Source: Puniceicoccaceae bacterium
GTDB lineage: Bacteria; Verrucomicrobiota; Verrucomicrobiia; Opitutales; Oceanipulchritudinaceae
Reading direction: 5' to 3'
Assembly (NCBI GenBank): GCA_040830765.1
Contig: JBFOMH010000005.1
Location: forward strand, 352,001 to 416,000
DNA length: 64,000 bases
In this document: piece by piece, positions 56,901-62,700 of the stretch
How positions within the stretch are numbered: the stretch's first letter is position 1
Layout of the letters: every line of letters begins with the position of its first letter
Program-made: the position numbers and the translations under genes
Notes under the pieces: model-generated
What the model was told of the DNA's origin: nothing
Seen by the model: the letters and a program-made list of their open reading frames with translations, nothing else
Databases searched by the model: none

Positions 56901-57978
56901 CGGAGACTTCGCCCAATGGAGCGGCAGCCAGAATTATCGTATCGAGAATGCCGGTACATGGATTAAACGGGGTGAAGGAACCGTGACACAAGTCTTCAAC
57001 CCGGTTGTCATGACCAATACCGGAACCATCCGTGTTGAATCGGGAACCTTGAACCTCTACAACCAGTTCGCCCAAACGGATAGCCTGGCATTGACTGAAG
57101 TGCTTGGCGGGACCCTGACTTCGAACGGAGCCCTCTCGTTCGCCTCCGGGACGCTTTCCCTTGAGTCCGGCAGCCTGGGCCAATCGATTTCCGTTGGGGA
57201 AATGTTAACCGCTGGGCCGGGCAACTTCACTCTGAATGGTAATCTCACCATCGGGGCATCCGCGATGACCGAACTGAAATTGGGCGCAGGTGCGGGCTTG
57301 AATCACACTGCCCTCGCGGTCACCGGCACCGCCTCAATCGACGGCCCCTTGCAAATCACCCTCGCCGAGGGCTTCGAGGAACTGGAGTCTGTGGTCTTCC
57401 CCGCTCTGACCTATGCCTCTGCCTCCGGCGGGTTTACCTCGGTCGACGGCCTTACCCAGAGCGGCTACATTCTTTCCTCAAGCACGGATGCAGCAGCCCT
57501 GAACCTGACCGTTGTCCAGAGTGGCGGTATCGTTGCTCCCCTTTCCCTCATCAACTCCTTCACCTTCGCCAAGTGGAGAAACGATAACTTCTCAACATTC
57601 CACGCCGAGAATGACTTTAGCAAGTGCGGGCCGGGGGAAGATCCCGACAGTGACGGAATGTGCAATCTTCTTGAATACACTATGGGGTCCGATCCCTTGT
57701 CATGGGATCGCAGCTACCCGCGGATTCAGTTGGTCAATATCAATGGCCTGACTTTCATGGACCTCACTTATCCGCGCAATCTGGATGCCAGTGGAACGCG
57801 CCTGGTCCTTGAATTCACAACCGACCTCCTCAACTGGAGCCAGCTGACCCGGGTCCAGAGCATGGAACCGGCCAATGCAGAAGCCTCCGTCTACTGGGTC
57901 ACCGAGCGGACCGTTTTCCCGGTTGATAATATTGACCTCAGCCTCTTCCGCCTGCGCATCGCAGAGGCGGCCTTTTAA
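41905..57978 (+). CDS. 5357-aa giant surface protein or adhesin
   Basis: Uninterrupted 16-kb ORF. Long signal peptide, many carboxypeptidase-regulatory-like repeats (ISGRV...G.P..GA.V...TD..G.F.F..VP.G.Y), Big_5 domains, TSP3-like repeats, cadherin-like/Big_9 units, LamG, discoidin-like domains, 221-aa repeats, Verrucomicrobia-type C-terminal domain. Confidence 0.92.
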   Translation: MKSSNVSIKPHQTHWFGLLAASAERLLGNGFACFLFLLPGIAALADTPLTTLEYTVSGQVLQVTPSAVAVPKGIPGSILTNVQGDIPEGAFVEAYLRGPSFPARSLVALPNEPMLFPPINLVGDYSLDGIRLVDPATGDTLLEGNPGSVPVRVFDEVLISRVTSRPLTLEEIQEKGIVIDESNYRAVEFEVGFVLDGQTIPVKFPVVAPNFSQNTEIIPTAELEEQLAEVDRINDELALGVELPPALETANVNIEMRGINFQFVDGEDPDLALQVPPIPALMVIPGNIGYLNQFFSVLIFTENGSPNGSGLSVRDVVAEIDLPDGSDRIQGTYAEPGDDPLRMARVGPDAIIETMQPVVALGPDGELGTADDVPRLYPGETGQAEFLVEGLQEGLHVLNLNLTAQLDGLAAGSVQVTGKAAGSVLVRNPNFSMAFSHPRTVRAGEPYEAFVTILNTSNVPANLVNVTLNNNSISGGILESEETVQLGTILPGQTATARYRIRSQRTGSITFSNLTTAEDSLIGRFRLRVGVDERGVPLSPDTLLLPDFVDELPPELVLAANRILGQALSISTAPLLPAGVEKVSKRHLRQKAIELAEAGQRVRYGEPLQSVLPDLLLDWQGARDFLSGWDQILRETDAGLEWRVAMAQAMADASGGSDPVIQMETAAADLAGRGETWTFGALSAAGEMELQVSANETVAAAGSSVLQGHAYPTSEGSLIASARSGIFTWTFSEAPPGPVDVGVWIVNDDGTTGELVWRLDAIQAGTCLRYDATSGTGVLDIDTDCDGTIDSTLTTTLSNIVELPPTVIAVRQDPEVLVGRPKEQCIQISTTTDDSGEFRSVNNYANVLAVLFSKPMVQQTADIPEAYRLDNGNEAAFVRVQPGGRVALLTMREPVGALIPRNMTVASTITDVRGNNLSAVALPVESRLVEGISVRGRVIRADGSYAANVPVTLTYYDQKSTLFGCSDWIMRPSQVFTDEEGLFAYDFVLNGISYSLSATDTSNLSAEAVDLILDSYRGDQLDVSLLEELASDAELENTLLGEFAASSLPEAIAQAEGIDRAVVRDNVAAGSARVGTESVFALRFRGRGTIIGQVLESDGITPAAGSGVNLFPDPDSRELGRGLFADSEGRFAFFGVPLGVFSVEATSPSGRTRVLADVINTPGQVLNLEVVLSESIPQLTSLQGRITEPDGTPHANGRVYIGQYVQGKFCCIVSTATADTDGYWTAEGVPVDDYDIIAISADSRRKGERRDILAVAGSINTVNISLQARAIVQGRVETSTGLPVENAIVGGGETLVRTDALGRFTLTGVPTGDRSISAGLERNPDAGIDFPRLGSASLNVLPGDDNFVIVRLRPAGRIIGRVFDSLGQPIPRARVAIPQADGFLWVEADAQGNYEFPGLGLARYSVSSPAPATGGDFDASDALSAIRQGNQEEILAAIGEAYAAFTGVDDPLLNGDGSTFNPRSWGYVDNIRLSFDGQTVVADIRHLGNSTVSGTVLNGQGVPIGARVRLTGIGPSLTGRPTMIIRGERNSDPALGTFSFEGQALIGDWGLQAASPFFPVVVSTSGRTTSLQPDATGIILQFPEVRDTNGSLSGQVLSPDGEPAGPGIDVQISFGPDFIIRTDEDGRFATQQDTYTLPAGNYSVTATDPATGATGRSGVRVLASQDNSVTVQLLGRGTAVVNVQLADGSAAEGAAVVIEGGAYPGERFEGTTDASGTVEFLNVFEGPYGATAGLTLGATRVSGRSGLSVPLGGSGQTTVVLSGTAGIVGRFLGTDGESPFAFANVALGNLAFTSTDAEGNFAFPDVPLGTYRIVATDAVTGRSGSTEVQLVTVGETRQVTIIETSLGNISGFVIDGYGVAMVPNAEVVLVHADPYVADRTVTTGPDGSFSFPATPFGDFTIQARDPLTGNTGSNSGEVTSTTTAVQLNIGLRPLGNLTVQVFEEDGSTPAQLATVNLRIGLTGISVDTDSNGSARFEGIPVGPGAIGVTAVSRVPGMTRSWGGAFVTVDSQGTEETATITLSGVGSLEGQVLLADEVTPAPGAEVRIRIIAETVPVENGEMAPPSSGEEDVIIADASGQFSFNDLPVGTINLRAVSQSLGANTDAAITFPGEIVTQDLILSASGTVSGRILRADATTPAEGTEVLITFQSQSGLPGRLTARADVNGLFNLEPVPVGLFNAEFVLTGVGGLARLSESINSNGEILDLGDIILDEDFPEVLVVDPEDTANDVDINTAVELVFSEGLDADSLFADGVLLQTADEGTPVSTNLQLLPEQGGDPTVLNRLLITPDAPLESETTYQVVVVDGDLLNAVGQVTNRGPRDRVGRPLNALFSSTFTTRDQRPPELLSFTPENGTAQLDTRSVIRLSFDEPIDDGATISLNGPSGAVPGTTSLGLNSLIVVFTPDLELEPNAEYTTSVSNIRDLAGNFALDQPFVSTFATLDTIGPSIAQLRIKDGQIPTAGAGIVLEAVLESPEPGVRIRVTADFESIGLTDPGVLEVPYTLADAGTVTFRAIAIDPYGNEGPLAELPVTILANQPPQIQFEKLQPSTETVGNGELVQVRVSATDDSEVVELRAAITGAATASLRSTPGDPITIVASVPDTAIPGTTVDVRAIAFDNSDAVSGEQIYSIEIVDTAPPNASIVTPAEFSVADPDLPFPVEIAWSDNSGSATLQVSLTGLNVDPEVIEVSMNPNEPALEVVQFDLSSAPLDLTGFSVLVRAIDEEGNESSTSRDFLLPDRVPPLLQSVTPLDGASGISLWSGGWTLVFDESMEATTLTGDNLVVLDEADAVVPTTIASPTPDTVTISPDLPLLPETTYRLVVGANLTDLAGNSWEESEGVPVPPEGIPFTLTAASLVLDSPSAGDPVIPGQEVEVRLTYEATAGVDTFSISFNGLDPDVIAVGNESTTTNELLRLPLDATEAVLQVSAGRSGEPDFVLPGRVLDLRPRDADDDGDTIPNGVEADNGLDPFRDDTAEDLDEDGVSNIDEINQGTFPDNPDSDEDGLNDGEEKAAGTNPLNEDSDGDGILDGADPFPLLGNRNPVAEDDSGFTVPQGQVLSIQEANLLANDSDPDGDSISIDATFILSATNGSVVYSSALGTFTYTPADGFTGSDSFEYQIVDAFGLIATASVSITVGENRPPVAGTDSGLNLLFNGGSGRVTLPNSMIHGSTTLTVEMWFKAEPGSSGGGLIGYQNVAYPGSPGNWIPAIYIGTDGRLRGEYWVGSVTPITSTVDVRDGQWHHVSLIGSVNTQTLYLDGQPVGTLSGGINHLSMVHNQIGTVYTSVWPGGNGSWFTFDGRIDNVRIWYRAFDDTEAFSLFSQPASIDRTGLVGEYTFDSDPVPDVLDDSGLANDGTLEGSQSEQPQYELSDSPVSGTTIYYNTFENQASVVTLIGSDEDGDALSGIVLSLPSNGSLFQLVNGTFGPPIDTVPATVTDPLMRLVYQPAVDFTGNDLFQYLVNDGIEDSNTAKALVSVSPSISETGNDLWDPSLGAIVTASSGVSGSSSAENMFGGSSGIESENTLFQDGQAAGFTHWVEWETANFVVVDGFNLFAADNGFASGGERGFTEMRLYGRLDTAEAFTLLATLNPPANPYAPDSEFNNQVFIDPFAGKYFRAEFDQAADTPTSGPRVIELDLIGESVALIPEDIPVSLQNASSDQSQNGFPPSEMIDGIIEGASTQNGWAGSTNSGTISMTAVVETVEDILAETTTEFTFEMIQPYGSGHFLGRFRISATTDSRDQFADGQAIGGDITANWTVLDVLEITSTGGETFTVLGDGSILVSGNLPSSTTYTVRASGIEGAVTGFRVEAIEDASLPTNGPGRAGNGNWVLNELQVYNDGVTINRGPLANDDAYQATQGFSLTTGNVLTNDTDPEGDTISILEFTQAANGSVVDNGDGTFTYTSDPSFSGEDSFTYRITDGFQTSLAATVTITVNPSEFVAWNNPAGGDWHDPANWQPARVPNGTDRALVALPGAYTVSLTAGVNVTDLTVGGDGAEATLRLNGQVLTLQQDSTVLAGSSFIIDGNSRLTMQNGTTLTVNGTLEFNRGTITNGGTLVLGNGGIGTLSGTSQKWIDGTLRNHGTLTYNGTQVRFGVDASNLTCQLVNAPDGIFIADGDGDFAQWNGSQNYSIINEGTWIRRGTGTTAVLNPVRFNSTGTVQIEEGTFRFTQSTNFSGTVEGAGTIYFNGGTHALGDGMTFEPASMLTESSTINFGTGVYQTINTLDLNSATAVFKEDRSVPNVIIRGTSRVTVLNDSTLTATSTLDFSRGIITNGGTLALANGATGTLSGTVQKWIDGTLLNHGTLTYSGTQVRFGIDASNLTSQLINAPDGVFIADGDGDFEQWNGGQNYSILNEGTWIRRGAGTTAVLNPVRFTSSGLIQVEEGTFRFTQSTNLSGTVEGAGTIYFNGGSHVLGDGMTFEPASMLTESTTVTFGTGVYPGINSLDANSAHIIFSEDRSIPNVTIRGTGRLTMQNGSTLTATNSLSFTRGTITNGGTLALGSGATGTLSGTSQKWIDGILLNHGTLTYSGSEIRFGIDASNLTCQLINAPDGIFIADGDGDFQQWNGSQNYSILNEGTWIRRGTGTTAILNPVRFTSTGSIQVEEGTLRFTQSTNLSGTVEGAGTIYFNGGSHVLGDGMTFEPASMLTESTTVTFGAGVYQTIDTLDANSAHIIFPENRSIPNITIRGTGRLTMQNGSTLTATNNLTYSRGTITNGGTLVLANGATGTLSGTSQKWIDGILRNHGTLTYSGAEFRFGLDASNLTSQLINAPDGTFIADGDGDFQQWNGSQNYSILNEGTWIRRGAGTTAILNPVRFTSTGSVQIEEGTLRLTQSSNFSGTVEGAGTLFLNGGTHTLADDMTFEPAVLNTTSTTVVFGTGTFQTVQALDANASALVFPEDRSIPNLTIRSNGRLTMQNGSTMTVNNTLDFRNGIITNGGTLALASSATGTLSGTSQKWIDGTLRNHGTLTYTGSQVVFGRDASNLTSLLENASDGTFVIDGGGDFAQWSGSQNYRIENAGTWIKRGEGTVTQVFNPVVMTNTGTIRVESGTLNLYNQFAQTDSLALTEVLGGTLTSNGALSFASGTLSLESGSLGQSISVGEMLTAGPGNFTLNGNLTIGASAMTELKLGAGAGLNHTALAVTGTASIDGPLQITLAEGFEELESVVFPALTYASASGGFTSVDGLTQSGYILSSSTDAAALNLTVVQSGGIVAPLSLINSFTFAKWRNDNFSTFHAENDFSKCGPGEDPDSDGMCNLLEYTMGSDPLSWDRSYPRIQLVNINGLTFMDLTYPRNLDASGTRLVLEFTTDLLNWSQLTRVQSMEPANAEASVYWVTERTVFPVDNIDLSLFRLRIAEAAF
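50746..51010 (+). repeat. Thrombospondin type 3-like Ca-binding repeats within the giant protein
   Basis: DDDGDTIPN, DLDEDGVSN, DSDEDGLND, DSDGDGILD. Confidence 0.8.
53980..57050 (+). repeat. Coding tandem array of 663-bp (221-aa) units, four full and one partial
   Basis: QKWIDG codons start at 54109, 54772, 55435, 56098 and 56761, an exact 663-nt period. Confidence 0.95.
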
Positions 57979-58037
57979 GCGGATCCCTTGCATTTGAGGT
58001 TGGCCCTGCCATCCACCATCATCATAGTTTCCCCTAT

Positions 58038-58259
58038 ATGGATTCCGGACCTGATTCTATACCCCATCTCGAGCGCCAACTGGACCAACTGCAGGGACAT
58101 GTCGCCGCGCAGGACCAGGAAATCTTCCGCCTTTCCAAGATTATCGAAAAGCTGGAGAAGCGATTCCAGAAGCTGGAGGGCCGGCTGGATGCAGATGGCG
58201 GCGAAAGTCCCCTCCTTGAGGATCGAAAACCCTCCGAGGAGCGTCCCCCGCACTATTAG
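58038..58259 (+). CDS. slyX: SlyX family protein
   Basis: 73-aa coiled coil ending EERPPHY. Confidence 0.8.
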   Translation: MDSGPDSIPHLERQLDQLQGHVAAQDQEIFRLSKIIEKLEKRFQKLEGRLDADGGESPLLEDRKPSEERPPHY

Positions 58260-58396
58260 GAAGCCCGGCTTTCCCCGGAGGACAACATATCTCATATGGG
58301 TCCGACTACGGCTTGAAGTGTGCCCCAAAACCTGACAGGATTCCCTCGAACGCAAAGCACCCGCTTATCCATTACTAAAAACAAGGAGAATATCTC

Positions 58397-58666
58397 ATGA
58401 GCAAACCTGTCGTCGCCCAGAATAAACCCGTTCCCGTTGAACTCGAGGAAGGCAAAACCTACTTTTTCTGCACCTGTGGCATGTCATCCGGCCAGCCTTT
58501 TTGCGACGGTGCCCACAAGGGTAGCGGCATGGCCCCGAAACCCTTCAAGGCGGAGAAATCGGGTACCGCCTACCTCTGCCAGTGCAAGGCCACTGACAAC
58601 GCCCCTTTCTGCGATGGTTCCCACTCCGCCATCCCCGATGAAAAGGTCGGCAGCCCTGCTGAATAA
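58397..58666 (+). CDS. CDGSH iron-sulfur domain protein with two motifs
   Basis: CTCGMSSGQPFCDGAH and CQCKATDNAPFCDGSH; AAGGAG RBS. Confidence 0.95.
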   Translation: MSKPVVAQNKPVPVELEEGKTYFFCTCGMSSGQPFCDGAHKGSGMAPKPFKAEKSGTAYLCQCKATDNAPFCDGSHSAIPDEKVGSPAE

Positions 58667-58816
58667 ACGGTTCCGATCCCCTCTGGGTCAAAATGGCGCT
58701 TAAATGAGGCGCATGGCACAATCTCCCTGTCGACGTGTGCAAAAATGGCACATGCGGGTTGTGGATTAATTTACTTAAGTATTTCTTTATAAATGACTTA
58801 ACGATTTTCCGATCCT

Positions 58817-58832
58817 TGGCATCCCGCCTGCA
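58817..58832 (+). promoter_or_regulatory. Sigma54 (-24/-12) promoter of the hsp20 pair
   Basis: TGGCATCCCGCCTGCA with GG-N10-GC spacing, 40 nt before the ATG; preceded by an AT-rich IHF-like site. Confidence 0.65.
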
Positions 58833-58872
58833 TAATCAAGGGCACATTAATTGAACCAAGAAAGGAAAATCA

Positions 58873-59289
58873 ATGAAACTGATAAAACACGACTCATTCT
58901 TCAATGATCCGTGGACGGACCTGGACCGGCTTTTCGAGACAACGCTCCCGGAGCTTTACCAGTGGAGTCCACTGCGCATCAGCGGACGGGTGAGAAGCCT
59001 TCCGTTGGATGTTTACGAAGGGGATGACGAGCGGGTAATCCGGCTCGAAATGCCCGGGGTGCAAAAGAAGGATATCCAGCTGGAGCTGGAAAACGCCGTC
59101 CTCTCCGTCGAAGCCAAGCGCATCGAAAAGACGGAATCCGGCGAATCGACAATCGAGCTGAGCCGCTCGGTCTCGGTCGGTGACGATATCGACGCGGAGA
59201 ATATCAAGGCCCATCTCGAGAACGGAATCCTGTCCATCAGCCTGCCCAAGCGCGAACAGGCCAAGCCGAAGCAAATCACCATCAGCTAA
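58873..59289 (+). CDS. Hsp20/alpha-crystallin small heat shock protein
   Basis: PLDVYE...EMPGV...IKAHLENGILSISLPKREQAKPKQITI. Confidence 0.95.
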   Translation: MKLIKHDSFFNDPWTDLDRLFETTLPELYQWSPLRISGRVRSLPLDVYEGDDERVIRLEMPGVQKKDIQLELENAVLSVEAKRIEKTESGESTIELSRSVSVGDDIDAENIKAHLENGILSISLPKREQAKPKQITIS

Positions 59290-59302
59290 GGAGACCACAT
59301 CC

Positions 59303-59677
59303 ATGACTACGGAAATGGCCAAGAAAGAGAAAACCGAAGCGAGGACTCCCGCCATGCGCCGCCGCCCCGATTACCGGGTGCTGGGTGGCAAGGAATCCTA
59401 CACCGTGGAGGTATTCATGCCAGGTGTGGCCAAGGGAGACTACAATGTGTCCCTGCACGACCATGAGCTGTTGATCGAGGGCCGCAAGGTCCTGCCGATT
59501 CCCTCGGACGCCAAGTGGGTCCACCGGGAGATCACGGTCGAGCCCTACAAGCTTCGCCTGCAACTCAATGTGGATGTCGATGCCGAGGGTATCACGGCCA
59601 GGAGCGAGGATGGCATCCTTCGTGTGACCCTGCCCGTCGCCGCCGAGGCCCGGCCCCGGAAGATCACCATCCAGTAA
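59303..59677 (+). CDS. Hsp20/alpha-crystallin small heat shock protein, second paralogue
   Basis: AAGGAG RBS; MPGVAK...ITARSEDGILRVTLP...RPRKITI. Confidence 0.92.
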   Translation: MTTEMAKKEKTEARTPAMRRRPDYRVLGGKESYTVEVFMPGVAKGDYNVSLHDHELLIEGRKVLPIPSDAKWVHREITVEPYKLRLQLNVDVDAEGITARSEDGILRVTLPVAAEARPRKITIQ

Positions 59678-59703
59678 CCATTATTCATTCAAATATTCTT
59701 CAA

Positions 59704-59736
59704 GGAGCCCCGGGAAACCGGGGCTTCTTTTTTTTT
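59704..59736 (+). terminator. Intrinsic terminator after the hsp20 pair, at the convergence with smc
   Basis: GGAGCCCCGG-GAAA-CCGGGGCTTC followed by a long T run. Confidence 0.88.
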
Positions 59737-62700
59737 AGCCTTCATCCGATGCCTCGGCCTTGCCGGTGGCCCGGTTGAAGCGCATCGAAATCATGTTACT
59801 GACGCCCTTCTCCTGCATCGTCACCCCGTAGATGGAGTCGGCCACGCTGATCGTGCGCTTGTTGTGGGTGATGATGAGGAACTGGGAGAACTCGAGGAAT
59901 TTCTCCAGCATATTGGTGAAGCGACCGATGTTGGCGTCGTCCAGCGGTGCGTCGATTTCGTCAAGGACACAGAACGGGCTCGGCTTCACCATGTAGATGG
60001 CAAAAAGCAGGGCCACCGCGGTCATGGTCTTCTGTCCACCGCTGAGCAGACCGAGGTTGCGCAGGCGCGTTCCCGGCGGCTGGGCGGTGATTTCAATCCC
60101 ACTCTCAAGGACATCCTCGGCATCGACGAGTTTTAGGTCGGCCTTGCCGCCTCCAAAGAGGGTTTCAAAGGTATAGAGGAAGTTTTCCCGGATCGCCGCA
60201 AAGGTCTCGGCAAACATCGACTGGCTCGTGTTGTTGATTTCATCGATGGCTTCCAGCAGCTGCTCCTTGGACTTCCACAAGTCCTCGCTCTGCGTCGAAA
60301 GGAACTCATAGCGCTCCTTAAGGTCCTTGTACTCCTCGATGGCGACAAGATTAACCGGTCCCATGGCCTGGATGCGGGTGCGTAGGGAGGCGATCTCTTC
60401 CTCGATGGCATCCCAGTCGACTGGGTCGAGGCTCTCGCGCTCCTCGTCGGTTGGGTCCGGGCGCTCGGTGACACTTTCCATGTCCTCGGGCGTCGATTCC
60501 TCGATGTCCACCCGGATGCGTTCGGGCAGGGTCTCACCGGCCTTCCACAGCTCCAGTTTCCAGTCGATGGATTCCGGGTCGCGCTCGTATTTATTGAGGC
60601 ATTCCTCCTGGATGAACTGCAAGCGGGATTCCTGGCGCGCCAGGTTGACTTCCGTTTTGTTCAGTTCGGTAGCAATCTTCTGCAGGGACTCGCGCTTGGG
60701 GGCGATCCCTTCCTCGACCACGGCAATCTGCTTTTCGACCTCCCGGAGGGCTTCCCGGTCGGCATCCAGCTTCTTCATCAGCTTGTCCAGCGATGACTGG
60801 ATCTTCTTCTCCGAATCTCCGTGATCGGCAGCCTCCTTCTGCAGTCCGGCAATCTGTTTCTTCAAGGAATCCATCTCCTCAAGCCTCTTGATACGGGATT
60901 GCTCGTTTTCCTTGGATTTCTGCTGCAGCTCGTTCAACCCACGGTCGAGCAATTCCAGCCGCTGCTTCTTCTTGGCCACGTCGAAACGGACCTCGTCAAA
61001 GTCTTCCCGCTTGGCTTCCCGCTCCTTGCGCAACTCGTCGACCTGCGTTTCCGTTTCGGCTATTTTCTGCTTCTGGGCCTCAAAGTCGGTCTCGGTATCT
61101 TCCAGTTCCTTGCGGGCAGCTTCCAGTTTTTCCGTCGACTTGCCCTTGGTCGCCTCGAGCTTCTCCAGTTCACCGGACTTGCTTTCGTGCGACTTGCCGT
61201 TCGTCTCCAGGTTGCGCTCAACTCCCTGAAACTGGGCCTGGAGGGTAGTGATTTCCGTGCCAATCTCGCTGATCAGGCGCCCCTGTTCCTCAATCTTCTT
61301 TTCGGATGCATCCAGCTTGCCTTGGGCCTGACCGGTTTCAAGACGGTGGCGCTCCTGCAGATCATCAAGGTCAGCCAGTTGCTTGTTGAATTTCTTGAGC
61401 TGGTTCTGGCGTGAAAGGAAGGAACTGTTTTCCTTCTTGGCCTTGGAACTGCCAGCAAGGACAATTCCCCGGGGATCGATGAGCTCGCCATCCCGGGTCA
61501 CCGCCAGATGAAAGGCGAACTTCGGATTGCTTTCCCAGTGTGTGAGAAAGGCATCAAGGCTTTCGGCAATGTAGCAACCGGTGAAGTACGTTTCCAGAAA
61601 GGCCTGGATTTCCTTGTCCGCGGAACTGACAACCGAGGCGACCTCAATGATCGTTTCCGGCAACTTGGCCTTGCCGCCCGGCATGTTGACCGGATGGACC
61701 GGTTTGGCCAGCAAACTTGCCCGGCCAGCCTTTTTGTCCGCCAAGGCATGGGCAATGGTCCGGACCATCTTGTTGTCCCGGACGAATATGCCGTCATTGG
61801 CCGTTCCCAGTAACTGCTCCACGGCCTGCGTGAAGCCATCCTTCACCTTCAGCTGCTTCAGAAACAGGGCAATTGCCCCCGCCGGGACCGTCTCCTCAAA
61901 CTTGCCCTGCAGGATGGCCTTGGCCCCTTCCGAGAAACCTTCAAATTTCGACTGCAGATCTTCCAGCACGCCGATCTGGGCCTGTAGCCCTGCCCGCTGG
62001 CGTTCTGTCTCTTGGATGGTCTGCTGCAGATCCCGGAACGATTGCATCAGGCCCTGATGCTTCTCCTTCAGCTCCGCCAACTTGGCTTCCTGACGTTCCC
62101 GTTCCTTTTCCCGGGCAACGCGGGTCTTCTCCAGCGTCTCGCGATCCTTTTGCAAGAGCTCCTTTTCGTTGGAAAGCGTCTGCAGTTCCTCGGTCAGGTT
62201 GGCGTGGCGTACCTGGTAGGTCTTCAGGTCCAGCTCAAGACTGGTGCAATTGCTCCGCAGGCGGCTGATGGCACTTTCCTTGACCAGTAGTCCCTGCTTG
62301 AGCCGGGATAGTTCAGTCTCCGCCGCGTTGAGCTGCTTCTGCAAATCGGCCAGATTCTCACTCCGTTTCTGGAATTCCTCGTCGGAATTGCCAAAGAGGT
62401 CCATCTGTTCCTGCTTCTGCTTGGTCTCACTGGAAAGGCGCTCTGCGAGGACCTCCTCCTCCTGGGCCAGTTCCGCCAACTCGGTGGCGATCCGGGAAAG
62501 CCGCTCCTGCATGTCCTCCCGGCGAACATTGGACATCTCCACCCGGCTGGCCGCATTCTCCTTCTCGGAGCGCAGGTCGTACACCTCACGTTGAAATTCT
62601 TCCAGCCGTTGGCGCAGCTCCTGCGCCTTCTCGCGTTTGTCCAGCAAGCCTGCTTCGGTGGCTTCAAGGGCCTTTTCCAATCCGGCCTTTTCCTTCTCCA

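Noticed and set aside
53980..57050. Repeats as a diversity-generating retroelement TR/VR pair or a CRISPR array
   Set aside because: Units are in-frame and 663 bp long, differences are mostly synonymous rather than adenine-specific, there are no spacers, and no reverse transcriptase or cas gene is present.
53953..57183. Repetitive antisense and alternate-frame ORFs such as 55072..56130
   Set aside because: They only mirror the 663-bp coding repeats of the giant gene.
41905..57978. Classical autotransporter or RTX/T1SS adhesin
   Set aside because: No C-terminal beta-barrel and no GGxGxD nonapeptide repeats; it has a Sec-type N-terminus and a different terminal domain.
59180..59302. N-terminal extension of the second Hsp20 in the ORF track
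   Set aside because: It overlaps the first Hsp20; a clear AAGGAG RBS supports ATG 59303.
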